Shown here: one piece after another, positions 25,095-36,863 of the stretch
How positions within the stretch are numbered: position 1 is the stretch's first letter
Layout: each line of letters begins with the position of its first letter
Source of the DNA: Rebecca billardiae RCC1528
Taxonomy: Eukaryota; Protista; Haptophyta
Reading direction: 5' to 3'
Assembly (NCBI GenBank): GCA_965240325.2
Contig: OZ251242.1
Span: forward strand, 1,364,001 to 1,428,000
DNA: 64,000 nucleotides
Notes under the pieces: model-generated
What the model was told of the DNA's origin: nothing
Databases searched by the model: none
The model's input: only the letters and a program-made list of their open reading frames with translations
Made by a program: the position numbers and the translations under genes

Positions 25095-26288
25095 CGGAGA
25101 CTCTGAGTCTCATCGTTGGGCTCGATCATCCATGCCAGTGGATGACGGCGGGCTTCACCGTGATTGATCGGATCAAGCCGGGCCCGTCTGACAGACGGCG
25201 TGAGAGACGGGCGCCGAACCGCCTGGCCGCACAGTCACAGTGTGCTGCCGCCGTAGTACCGCCTAGTTATTTATACGCCATAGCTACGGCGTCATGGCGT
25301 CAAGACGGGGCGGGCCGCCGACTGGCTTCGTCCCGGATGCGCGCGGATGCGCGCACCTCATTCCCGGTAAGAAAGTGCCGCCGTGGCGGGCCGCGCGTCC
25401 CGGCGTCCGCGACTCGGGAGTCGGGCGCGTCCGCCGTGGCGCCTGTTATTACAGGCAATATTAATGATCGCGGGCGGCGCAATATAAGAAGTCAGCAGAC
25501 GAGATCTACTCACGGCTAGTCTCGGTTCATCTTAGCCGTTCGGTACTCCCGAGCAGTAGCGCCTACGGAGTCTCAGTTTCTTTATATATATTCTTAGCTA
25601 GGTCCGCCCGCCGCGCTAAGGGCGCGGCCGCGGGGCGGCGCAGCGGAAGGGCAGTGGGCGAGGCCCCCGGCCCCGCTGCCAGTCTTTAAAGAAAATTTTG
25701 GGCCATTTTGGAGCAAATCTGGCTGCCATTATGACTATATTCATGATGTTGCAGCATGGATGCTGCGGTGCACTGGCCAGGAGTCAGTCATCAGGAGACT
25801 CAGTCGGGACTTGGCCTGTACCGTCGTAGTCGGGCCGCGCCGTGGCCGCGCGCCCTCGTCCCACTGGCACTGCGCCTCGGGCCCTCGGCAGACCACTGAC
25901 ACTCATCGGCCGCGGCCGGGCGACGTAGTCCCGGTTTCTTATAGTAGTGTGACTATGCCGTAGCTATTAGCGAACCCGCAGCCTAAATCGCTATACTATA
26001 TTTCTCAGTTTCTAGGCCAGAGGCACGGATACGCACGGATAGCAAGCCCCAGCCAGTAGTTCATCCGTTAACGTGACAGCTCTCCTTATTGCCCGCGATT
26101 GCCTGTTAATGACGCATGTATGATAAAATGTAGTATGAGTATGACGACTCTGATCGTTATACTGATGAATATGATATCAGAGTAATACTAATAATCGAGT
26201 AGGCAGTAGCTAGCAGCCGCTAATGACGCACTACGGTCAATAAGTACGACGCCATGACTCAATTCTGGGAGCACTCAATATATCATCA

Positions 26289-27386
26289 TCAGCGGAAGGC
26301 GGCGGTCACTCGCCCGACGACGGGCAGAGTCGCCCGTGCGGCAGCGAGTGCCTGCGCGAGCGAGCCGCCGTGCTGTGCCCACGGGCACGACCGGCCGCTG
26401 ACACTCTTCGCTGCCGCCGGCGCGGCACGTGGCCGTGCGCGGTCGCCGGCGGCTGCGACGGTGCTGCTGTCGCTCACACGCTGTCCTGCTGGGGCACGGA
26501 GCGAGGTGAACTGGGTGACGCGCATGCGCTCGACAAAGGTGGGTGGTTTTGGCGCCAAGGCGTCGACGCTCTTGGACGTGGCGCCTGCGACACCGGCAGC
26601 CGCGTGGCTACTACGGCTGCGACTGCGCTGCCGAGCGTGGCCACTGCCGCCGCCGCTGCTGCTGCCGTTGCTGCTGCTGCTGCTGCTGCTGCTGCCGGTG
26701 CTGCTGCCGCCGCTGATGTGGCTGCGCGTGTGGTCGGCGGCGTGCACACTGCGCGCGCCGCGCACGCGGCCGAAAAGGCTGCCCACGGGCTGCGTCGCGC
26801 CGGTGGGCTTGGGGCCCGAACTCACGAGCGGCTGTGTGACAGCGCCCGCCGGCAGGACGGTCGCATGCATGCGCGCCATGTGCGCGAGCAGCGCGAGCGC
26901 GGTGTCGCCGCCGAGCTCCTCCCATCTCGTGTCGTGGATGAGGAACGCGAAGGTATCGAACTCGTCCGGATCGACGCTCATGGCCGACATGTCGAGCAGC
27001 GCGCCCCACGTGGCCAGCTCCGCGCGGCGGAGCAGGACCGGGTCGATGAGCGCCGCGTCGGCGACGAGCGCGAGCATGTTGCTGTAGCTGCGGTCGTTGC
27101 AGTACTTGTCGGCGAGGGTGACGCACGTGGCGAAATGGAGCGGGGCATGCACCGCGAAGTGCCGGGCTGGCTCGCTCCCGCATGAGCCCTCGTCCGCGCT
27201 CGCGAGGAGGCGGCCGAGGTACACGCAGGCGACGACGAGCGACTGCGGCTTGACGCCGGCGGTCCAGCGCATGTCGGTCGGCACGCCGTTGGAGCTGATG
27301 GCAGCGACAAGTTGGCGCACACGCTTCTGCACGCTCGGCGCCACGTCCGCGAAGGTGCGCGTCCGCGGGATGTCGTGCAGGTGCAT
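26289..27386 (-). CDS. Cyclin, Pho80/Pcl (cyclin P/U)-like
   Basis: SLVVACVYLGRL...FATCVTLADKYCNDRSYSN...LRRAEL...MSVDPDEF cyclin-box pattern; low-complexity C-terminus. Confidence 0.8.
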   Translation of the reverse strand: MHLHDIPRTRTFADVAPSVQKRVRQLVAAISSNGVPTDMRWTAGVKPQSLVVACVYLGRLLASADEGSCGSEPARHFAVHAPLHFATCVTLADKYCNDRSYSNMLALVADAALIDPVLLRRAELATWGALLDMSAMSVDPDEFDTFAFLIHDTRWEELGGDTALALLAHMARMHATVLPAGAVTQPLVSSGPKPTGATQPVGSLFGRVRGARSVHAADHTRSHISGGSSTGSSSSSSSSNGSSSGGGSGHARQRSRSRSSHAAAGVAGATSKSVDALAPKPPTFVERMRVTQFTSLRAPAGQRVSDSSTVAAAGDRARPRAAPAAAKSVSGRSCPWAQHGGSLAQALAAARATLPVVGRVTAAFR

Positions 27387-27671
27387 CGTGGGAAGGTTCG
27401 CTTGCTGGTTTCACGGTGAGGGTGGTGCACGAAGGACGGAGTTGACGTGACGCGCGCAAGTTAGCCAAGTTTGTACACTCCGCAACTCTTCCCAATATTT
27501 TTTCGCGCGCGAGGCGTTGTCATTGATCATAGGAACCGATGAGCGAGTTGGTTGACGTGTCTATGACTATGGGTGGCATCTTTCGCCGATCGGCCGATGG
27601 AGATGTTGATCTCAGGGCGAACTTGGGTATGGTACAAATATTGCGGTTCGAGGTTCAGGGTGAATCGTATT

Positions 27672-27738
27672 CATCGGTTCAGTGTGCACATCCTCCCGCC
27701 TTTATTTTTCAATTGTGAGCGCACACACTGAACCGATG
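27672..27738. repeat. Intergenic hairpin with a perfect 15-bp stem
   Basis: catcggttcagtgtg (27672-27686) and cacactgaaccgatg (27724-27738). Confidence 0.8.
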
Positions 27739-28041
27739 CCAACAGACCAGGCTGACGCCTACCCATTAATTAGCAAATCGTCAATATCATCATCCAACAT
27801 CTCGTGGTGATCTTCGCAGACAGATGTAAATCTGAAAATCTCCCTTGGGGAGTTGGAGGCGAGCGCCGCACAACCCTCAAGAGATTCCTTCATTAAGTGA
27901 GCCAATCATGCGGGTAGATGTACGAATACAGCATAATAAAAACGCCTCGCGCGCGAACATTCGGATGCGGTTTACCGTCAACACACTCTCAAATTCCCAC
28001 GAGGCCCGAGCGCCGGCCGAGCCACGCACCCACACCGAGTC

Positions 28042-30045
28042 ATGGGCGACGCCCCGCACGCGGGCGACGCCAGCCTGCCCATAGGCGGTGTGCTACGCCA
28101 CATCTGCCACGACCTACGCTCGCCGCTCATCGCTGCGCTCAGCTCGCTCCGATCTTTCGCGGACGTCGACCAGAACGCGCCGCTCTCGTCGGCGCAGGTG
28201 CAGTCGCGCATCGCGACGGCGCTGGCTGCGGCGGAGCTGATGGAGGGGGTCGTGAACAACATGCTCGACTTCGAGGCTCTTCAATCGGGCCGCACCTCCG
28301 TCCACTACGGCTGCCTCCGCCCGTCGCAGGTGATGGGCGGTGTCGGCGAGGCGTTTGCGACGCTCGCGCTGAGCAAAGGCGTCGCCCTGGACGTGGCGCC
28401 GCCGCCGGCGGAGCTGGAGTCGACGGTGCGATCGGCCGACCTCCGCCTGCTGCGCACCTGCCTGCACACCGGCATTGCCAACGCCCTCGCCTTCACGCCC
28501 GAGGGCGGGCGCGTGCGCGTGAGCGTGCGCTCGAGCGCCGACGACCCGGAGACGTTCCTCGTGTGCGTCGAGGACACGGGCGTGGGCGCGGGCGCGGCGC
28601 TGATGGAGCAGCTGCGGCAGGGCGGCGCGTTCAGACACCTCACGCCCGGCCAGCTCGGCGGGCATGGCGGCGCCGGCCTCGGCATCGCCATCGCCCTCCG
28701 CCTCCTGAGCATGCACCGCGGCTCATCGCTCCGGCTGCACTCCGACGGCGAAGGCAAGGGCTTCGCGTTCACCATGGCGGTGCATGCGCCGCTGGTGTGC
28801 AGCAGCGCGCTGGCGGCGCCGCTGGCCGCTTCGGCCTACGAGCGCTTCGCTGCGAAGCGCTCCGTCTCGCTGGGCGCTGAGCCGACCGGCGCAGCCGCGC
28901 TTGGACTGCGCGTGCCCGCGGCCGAGGCCGAGCTGCCCGCCGGGACGGGCGCGCCGGATGAGGAGGCGATCGCAGAGGCGCTGCATGTGCTGCACGTGGA
29001 CGACGACCCGCTGATGCTCCTCACGATGCCCGCCACCGTCTTCGACCCGCTCGGCTGCCTCTGCGAGCAGGCCAGGTGCGGCGCGGACGCGCTCGCGCTC
29101 GTGGCCGAGCGCGCAGTGCCGTACGACGTGATCGTCCTCGACAACCAAATGCCGCAGATGACGGGCGCGGAGGTGGCACGCGCGCTGCGCGCGCGCGGGT
29201 GTGAGAGCCTGCTCGTCGGGCTCACCGCCGACCCGCCCGGCTCCGCCGACCGAGAGGAGTTCGAGGCGTGCCTCGACGTGTGCGCCGACAAGGATACGTT
29301 CGGACTCGAGCGAGTGCGCTCGGTCCTGCGCGCGCGGCGCGCCGCCGGCGCGCGCCAGCCCGCGGCGGTCGCGGAGGCGCCAGCGGCGTCGGAGCCAAGT
29401 GAAGCGCAGCCTGGCCCGACGGCCCGGTCCTTCAGCCTTCGCCTCGTCCCAAACCACGCGGACCTCTTTGTCGAGCTGCCGCCGGTCGGCGCGCCGCCAC
29501 TGGCCACGTCCTGTTCGACATCGGATTCGAGCGCGTCATCGCCGTCGCACACGCCGCAGCAGCGGATGAGCCGGCTCGCCGGGCTGCGCATGCGCTTGGT
29601 CGGCCACGCCGGCGTGCGCGGCGTGAAGCCCACGCTCGGCTCGAAGGGCGATGCGGGCGCGGCAGCCGGCGAGGGCGGGCAGCAGCAGCAGCCGCCGCAC
29701 CGGGGGAGTGAGCTGTGCGAGCCGCCCAGCTGGCGCGTGCCCGGCTCGCAGCCGCCGTCACCGTTTGACCGCCGCAGCGCAGGCGAGGATTTGCTGCCAC
29801 TGGGCAGCCCTGTCTTCTCGAGCCACACGCTCACGTCGGTGCCCACGCTCACGGGCAAGGCCGCGGGCACGTCGCCGCCGCCGCGCAACAAGTGGAAGAC
29901 CGCCAGGTTGGCGCCGCTCGGTCCGCAGGCGCCGTCGGCGGCCGTCGCACAGCGAGTCAGTCTCTCTTTCTTCTGTGACATTAATCCATCGTCATCGATC
30001 CGGTGCCAGGCTGCCAGCCTCGTCAGCACGCGTGCGCCCGAATAA
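28042..30045 (+). CDS. Hybrid sensor histidine kinase (HisKA-HATPase_c-REC)
   Basis: H box ICHDLRSPL, N box IANALAFT, G1 EDTGVG, G2 GAGLGIAI, REC HVDDD...LDNQMPQMTG...GLTAD...K. Confidence 0.9.
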   Translation: MGDAPHAGDASLPIGGVLRHICHDLRSPLIAALSSLRSFADVDQNAPLSSAQVQSRIATALAAAELMEGVVNNMLDFEALQSGRTSVHYGCLRPSQVMGGVGEAFATLALSKGVALDVAPPPAELESTVRSADLRLLRTCLHTGIANALAFTPEGGRVRVSVRSSADDPETFLVCVEDTGVGAGAALMEQLRQGGAFRHLTPGQLGGHGGAGLGIAIALRLLSMHRGSSLRLHSDGEGKGFAFTMAVHAPLVCSSALAAPLAASAYERFAAKRSVSLGAEPTGAAALGLRVPAAEAELPAGTGAPDEEAIAEALHVLHVDDDPLMLLTMPATVFDPLGCLCEQARCGADALALVAERAVPYDVIVLDNQMPQMTGAEVARALRARGCESLLVGLTADPPGSADREEFEACLDVCADKDTFGLERVRSVLRARRAAGARQPAAVAEAPAASEPSEAQPGPTARSFSLRLVPNHADLFVELPPVGAPPLATSCSTSDSSASSPSHTPQQRMSRLAGLRMRLVGHAGVRGVKPTLGSKGDAGAAAGEGGQQQQPPHRGSELCEPPSWRVPGSQPPSPFDRRSAGEDLLPLGSPVFSSHTLTSVPTLTGKAAGTSPPPRNKWKTARLAPLGPQAPSAAVAQRVSLSFFCDINPSSSIRCQAASLVSTRAPE

Positions 30046-31951
30046 ATCCGCGTGATGCTGCTAAGTCAATGAGTCGGAGTAAGAGTGAGCGCTCAGAATA
30101 AGTCTAATAATAAGACGAGCGCGGCCTGACGCTGACTCGGACTCGTCGGACTGACTCTGAGCAATCGGCGCCAGCGCCACGGTGCCCATAGTTGGTGCCC
30201 ACCGGCGGCGCGGCCAATCGCCACTACTCCGACTCGCCGGCCAGTCGTCACAGGTCAGCGTGCCGGCGCCTGGGTCGGTCGAACGCGAGTCGCGACCGGC
30301 GCGCGCGACCGAGGCCCGGAGGCCCGAAGCGGCCGTGCCGCGGCGGTGCCGCCGGCCCGCCACTCCAGACTCACTGACTCCGCTGACCGCGCTGGCCACG
30401 GACGCGGTCGCTGCGGCGGCCCCGCCGCCGGGCGGCCACGTGCAGCGCGGCAGTCATCAGCCGGCGGGCGCACTCGCTTCGCAGCGCGGCCGCGCCGCCC
30501 ACGCGGGCCTGGTCGCGCAGACGCGGGCGTCGATCATGATATCTTCGTCAGTCCGCCGCGTTATCAACGGGGGCGTACGTATAGCCCGTCTAGTGGCGTC
30601 GTATACACAGTCGCCTAGACGAGTGTGTAGTTATAGTTACCGAAGTTTATAGGTGCCGCGTCCGACTCCGACTTCCGAGCAATCCGAGGCCGAGCTGACC
30701 GCGCGTGGCCGACGCGCGGGCGACGCGGGGCCCGGGCGCAGGCGGCCCGCCGGCGTCCGCGGCGGAAGCCCACTCGGGCCTCGGCCCCGACGGCACTCGT
30801 CGTCGGCTGGCACCGTGAGTGGCCCTTGGGCCGTGCGCGGCGGAGTCATCCGAACTCGCCGATGCGCTGCGCCACTCCGCACTCCGGTATAACGACTCGA
30901 TCCGACTAAAACTTGCGCGCGCCATATTCTTATTCGTCAGCACGGCCGCCAACGGTCCCGGACGGTCCGGTTGGCATCACTACTCGAGCAGCAGCGTCTC
31001 AGGCTGCGGCACGTAGGCTTGGCATCGTTCACCGTCGTCGTCCCGGTCGTCATCGTCGCCATCGTCGTCGGAGCAGGAGTCATGGAGGTCGAGCAGGAGC
31101 GAGTGCTGCGCACGCCCGCCCTCAGACCCGCGCGGCGCCGTGCCCTCCGCGCGCCGCGCGCAGCTGCGCCGCGCGGCCGCGATGCACAGGCGGCGGCGGC
31201 TGCGCCGCGCGCGGCGCGCGCGTGCGCGCGGTTGGCAGCCGCAGTTTGCCCAGCGGCGGCTGCGCGTCCGGCTCGTCCGCCGCGCATAGCAGCGGCACCG
31301 CCAGCGGCGTGTGCGTCGCGCGCGCCGCCGCCGCCGCGCGACAGCCAAGCGAGCACGGCGCCGTGCAGTGGCGGCACGCCGCCGCCACGCCGCTCGGGTA
31401 CGGGGCTGAGGGCGAGCGGGGCCGCGCCACCGGGCGCGGCGGCGGCGCACAGCGCGAGCCGGGCGCCGAGCAGCACCGCGGCGCGCACGCCGAGGGCGCA
31501 GCGCGCGCCGGCCGATTGAGTCGTCCATTGCGAGTCCGGACTCCGGAGGAGGTCTGCAGCAGAGCTCGGCCCGCGACCCCTGTGTGATTGATGGATATCG
31601 GAAAGCGTATGTCGTTACTGGCACGTTCACTATTCAGTCATTCGTCGGAATTGTTCAAGTCGCCGAGCGAGCCCGTATGTGGGTACTCGCGGGTAGCCTG
31701 ATGTACCGAAAGCTACTACCATCTGCCTAAACGGCAATTGACGATCGGGCTCTGCGGCCGCTTAATGAGATACCCGGTTTCGGCGCGAGAAAGCCCAGGC
31801 CGCCGCCGACCACAAATAGCCAGGCCAGCCTCGTCATTGCTGCGAGGTGGCCGGCGTGACGACGCGCACGCCCCGCACAAGCAGCGCCCCGCACCGTCGC
31901 CGCACGCCCGCGGAGTGCTAGCAGCGCGCAGAGTGCTGCCCGGCCGGCAGG

Positions 31952-33404
31952 ATGGCGGACCACGTGCCCGACATGCGCAACCTCAACCTCAAGTCTGCCG
32001 ACTCGCCGTCCAAGGCGCGCGCGGCGCTGCCGATGCGCGATGCGCCGCGTGCGCCGCGCTGCCGTGGCGCGCGGCGCGCGCGCGGTGTCCGCCGCGGCAC
32101 GCGCGCACCGACAGAGTGGCCGCTTTCGCACCCGCCCGCCCGCTCCCCGCCCGAGCGCCGAGCGCTGAGCGCACACCGCGCGCGCTCATCTCGCGGCCGC
32201 GTCCCGCGCCACGCCGCCCGCCCGCCTGTGCGCGCGCAGGCCGGCGCGCAGCACGGCTTCGCGCGGCGCGCCCGCAAGTCGACGCCGCTCCCGGACTCGG
32301 GCGCCACGCCGGCGCGCGGCCAGCTCCCCTCACTCCAGGCCGCGGCCGACGGCCCCGCGCGCGAGACGGTCAACCTGACGGCGGATGAGGAGCAGCAGCT
32401 GGCGATGGAGCTCAAGGACTCGTCGTGGAAGTCCGGTGCGCCGGCGCGGGGGTCCGGGAGGGGGGCTCGGGGCGGTGGGGGTGGGAGGGCGTGGGCACGG
32501 CCGGGCGGCGAGGAGGGGCTGTGCCCGCCGTGCGCTCACGCTGCGCGCGCGCCGTGCGGCCGCGCCTGCCACCGCCGCCGCATGGCGCCGCAGTGGGCAA
32601 GGCGACGGAGATGAGATTCGACGACGACGACGGCGACGCCCCGCCGCCGCCGGCGAACGGCGGCGGCACGGAGCGCTTCGACGCGCTGTACGAGGTCGGC
32701 CAGGTGCGGCAGTGCGGCGGCGGGCGCGGCTGGCGCGGGCGCGCGCGCCCCCTCGGCCTCCCGCCCTCCGCGCGGCGCGCCGCTGCCGAGCGCTGGGCTG
32801 AGGCGCGGGGCGCACGGCCGCGCTCGTGTCCTTTCGCGCGCGCGCAGGTGCTCGGCAAGGGCACGTACGGCGCGGTGCGCATGTGCCGGCACAGGCAGAG
32901 CGGGCGCGACTGCGCGGTCAAGATCATCGACAAGCTCTCCACAGACTCGTCACTCGAGGATCTCGCGCGCGAGATTGCGATGCTGGCCGACCTCAAGGTG
33001 CGCAGTGGGGCCGTGGGGCTGTGGGCGGGCTGGCTGGGCTGGCTGGGCTGACTGCGCTGACTGACTGTGCTATGTGTACTGGCTGAGTGTGCTGGCTGAG
33101 TGTGCTGGCTGGCTGCGAGGCTCAGCGTGGGCCAGGCCACAGCGGGGGTGGCCAAGCCGCGCGCCGCGCCCTCTCCTTCTCCCCGCGCCCTCGCGCCCCG
33201 CGCCATCGCGCCCCGCGCAGCACCCCAACATCATCCGGCTGATCGCCGCGTACGAGTCGCACTCGCACGTGTACGTTGTGACCGAGCTGGCGTCTGGCGG
33301 CGAGCTGATGCACCGCATCACGCAGGAGCACTCGGCGTACACGGAGGTTGAGGTGCAGCGGCACATCTACACCATCATCCGCGCGATCGAGTTCATGCAC
33401 TCCA

Positions 33405-33442
<38 letters not shown>

Positions 33443-34372
33443 CTGCTCTCCGACCGCTCGGCAAACGTGCGCGCACCTCCGCACCTCCGCACCTCCGCAC
33501 CTCCGCCCGGCTGCGGCTGCGCGCGGTGGCCGTGCGTGCGGTGGGCGCGGTGCGCGCGGTGGGCGCGGGGCGCGCGCGGGGCGCGCGGGGCGCGGCGCGT
33601 GGCCCCACCCGCGCCGGCGTGCGCCCGACCCCCCTGCCCCGCCCCGCGCCGCCGCCGCCCCGCAGGCGGAGATCAAGGTCGTGGACTTCGGCCTCTCGCA
33701 GTACACGCAGTCGGACAAGCCGTCGCTGCTGCAGACGGTGTGCGGCACGCACAAGTACCTCAGCCCCGAGATGATCCTGTGCGACCGGGGGCGGCTGAAG
33801 GGGTACTCGCGTGCGGTGGACATGTGGGGCGTGGGCATCATACTCTACGTGATGCTCTTCGGCTTCAACCCGTTCGAGGGGCGCACGCGCGCGGAGACGC
33901 ACGAGAACATTCTCAAGTGCAAGTACACGTACCCGTCCGACACCAACGCGTCCGCGCAGGTGAAGGACCTGATCTCGCACCTGCTGGTCCGGGACTACAC
34001 CAAGCGCTTCACCTCGCAGGAGTGCCTCGCCCACCCGTACGCCGCACGCGCGCAGAGCGCGAGCGCACGCGCCGCTGCCCCGCCGCCATCCGCCCGGCAC
34101 CGCGCCGCACACCGCCGCCGTGCGCTCACGCGCGCGCCGCGCCGCCCGACTGCCCGGCTTCCGCGCGCGCGCCGCGCCGCAGCTGGCTCAACTCGATCAC
34201 GTCCCACGCGACCGCCGAGCCGCTCGTCTCGCACAAAAAGTCTGTGCGCGAACGGCTTGCAGAGTTCAACCAGCAGCGCTCGTCCGTGTACGAGAAGGTC
34301 AAGAGCGTGCACCGCAAGCTGAGCGTCGCGCCCGCGGTGCCGCCCAAGCGCACGCCGCGCCAATCCATGTGA
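31952..34372 (+). CDS. CaMK-group Ser/Thr protein kinase; 7 exons (introns 32015-32239, 32436-32593, 32704-32847, 32998-33220, 33467-33665, 34037-34182)
   Basis: LGKGTYGAV, AVKIIDK, HPNII, GGEL, HRDLKPEN, DFGLS, CGTHKYLSPE, DMWGVG, HPW assembled across introns. Confidence 0.93.
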
Positions 34373-35459
34373 GCGGCGTGGCGCGGCGCGGCCGGCGCGC
34401 CGAGCGCACGACGGCGCGCGCGCGGCGCCGCCTTGTCAGCAGCCGGTGGCGCGGGGCCGTGCGCGCACGCGCGCCGCTGCATGGCAGGGCCGCGCGCGCG
34501 GGCTGCCGCGGCCGCTGCCGCACGCCGGGCGGGCGGAGGCGCACGCGGGGCTCTGGCGGGGTGGCGACCCTGCGGCGCCCGCCAGCCCGCAGCGGCAGCA
34601 GAGGGCGCGCGCGGCGGCGCGAGCGCGCTGCGCAGCGGCACTGTCGGTCCCTGAGAAGACGAGGAGGACGAGGAGGCGGAGGAGGCGGAGGAGGAGAGCA
34701 TCACTCAGCAAGCACGCGCTCGGCCGAGCAGAGATCCAGTGCGGGCATGCGTTGGTCGACTCACCGGGGCACGGCCGGACAGCGGCGTCACTGCAGGATT
34801 GACGCCGACCGCACTGTTTCGCGGATGCCACGGCCCGGGCCTCCTCTAGGGGGTCCAGGCCCTCAGCCTAGCGGTTGGGGATATTCGACAGGCCTGCCAT
34901 GTAGGTGTCTGTCGAGGCTGCCGCCTGTTGAAGTGCCCTCTAGTATGCCCCCCAGCCCAGCCCAGCCGTCAGAAGCACTCAAAACCGACTCCGCGTGCCG
35001 TCGCGCCGTCGTGCGGGCGCGCCACCTCAAAGATGTGCGGGTGCCTTTTCCGGCCACGTTCCACGAGATTTTCTTAAAACTGCACTAGCAACCGACGGCC
35101 AATCAACGCCCGGCCTGCACCAGGGGCGGTGGAGGGCATGAATAGGTTTTTGAGCAACCGCCGAGCCTGGTTGAGTCGCTCCGTTCCGGCTGAGCGCCGG
35201 TCGAACGGCCCCTCGCGGTTTGTCGAAGTCATGGACGGAGCGGGGAGCTCCCGCCGGCCACCGCGCCGGAGCTCGTCACCGCCGCCACGCGGGGAGGACG
35301 ATTGCGGAATGTCGGCGTCATCTGGCGCGGCATCAATATCGGAATCGGAGACCATGTCGTCGTGCAGTGGCTGCAGAAGAACGGCAGGCCTTCGGAGCGC
35401 GCCGGGCTCGCGCAGGTGCGCCGCGTCGTCAAGAAGTCGTCGCGGGGTCAGTGACCCTC

Positions 35460-36863
35460 ATGGTAAAGTGGTTCTACTTCGTGGAGGACTTGCCTGGCAA
35501 GACGCGCACCGCAGACTACCACCCTGCGGAGGTCTACGAGCACGTCGGCAACTGGAAGGAGGAGGAGATCGAGGTCGAGACGGTGCATGGCAAGGTGATG
35601 GTGTGGAAGAACCTTGCGGAGTTCATCGCGCGCGGGGGCGCACTGGACTTCTTCGTGAATGCATGGACCGCGTTCAAGCGCCCGAGGTGCGCCGCCCCGC
35701 CCGCGATCCCTCCCTGCGCGCGCATACCCGCGGCGCGCCAACACCGCGTGTCGTCGTCCGCCCCGTCGTCTGTGATGCCAGGCAGGGCGAGTCCGAGCCG
35801 CAGCCGTTCAAGGCCAAGCGCAACGTGCTGCATGTGGCGAACATGAATCTGACCGAGCCACCCGAGGAGGTCATCGCGCAGCTCCCGACCGCCCGCATGC
35901 CATTCGAGTTCGGTGTCGGCCTGAAGGCCTGGAAGCAGCCGGACGGCGGCATCGTGCTGCCGACGACGACAGGGGCTGCGGAGGACGGGCAGCAGCGCGG
36001 CTACCCGCTGCGGCCGTGCTTGCTCGGGGAGGCGGACGAGCACGTGCTCGATCTCGGTACGATCGGATCCCGCTGCGCGCGCGCCGTGCCCGCTCCCCCC
36101 CCGCCGCCCGTGTTGACGCGCGTCCTGCGCGCGTGCCCGCGCGCGCCGCGCAGGGCGCGATGAGATTGGCATCGCCGCGGACGCCGATCTGGTTGCGGCG
36201 TGCGTCGAGTCCGAGCGCCGTGTCGCGGGCTGCCTCGCCAGCAGTAAGGTGTATCGCCACGTCACCATCGTCGCCATCGAGCACGGCGCGAAGCTGTACC
36301 GCCCGCCGGCGGAGGCTGTGCACAACCTCGTCGCGCGGTACCGTGAGTTCCTGTGGCGGGAGCCGATGCACATTCGCGTCCGCCAGCAGCAGCAGGCGGC
36401 GATCTTCGATCGGCTGCTCACGCGCGTCGTCGCGCACTGCCGAGGCTTGCACGCAGCCGAGCGCGCATCGGTCCAGGTCGATGCCACCGCGTACGATGCT
36501 GCCGTCATCGACCTCTTCGCCGAGGACCGCCTGGGCCGCTGGCTGCGCGGCCGGTACGAGCTCGAGCTCGCATCTCACGCGAGCTTGCCGCTCGCCCCCG
36601 GCTGGCCCTTCTTCTCGATCGCTCCGCTGAACGGCAACGCGTCGGACAACTACGCCGAGATCTTCTCTCCCGCCACGACGCTCGCCGAGAGCCCGCACCA
36701 GCTCGTCCTGTTCACCGACTTCCAGTCGGTCATCGGCCTGCGCTTCACCTGGCGTAAGTGGAAGGATGTCACAGCGACCGGCGGGACAATCATCGGCGGC
36801 TCGCCGCCGCCGACCGCGGGCTACCATCCGAATAGTGGGCGGGGATGTACGCACGGCTGGTAG
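35460..36863 (+). CDS. Hypothetical 403-aa protein inside the nested element; 3 exons (introns 35687-35781, 36057-36153)
   Basis: Phase-compatible GT-AG introns join three frames into one open ORF with normal globular composition (MVKWFYFVEDL...LRFTWRKWKD). No family recognised. Confidence 0.75.

Noticed and set aside
30937-31630. Small gene on either strand (TM-like on +, acidic tail on -)
   Set aside because: No consistent ATG or splice model and no family motif; strand cannot be decided
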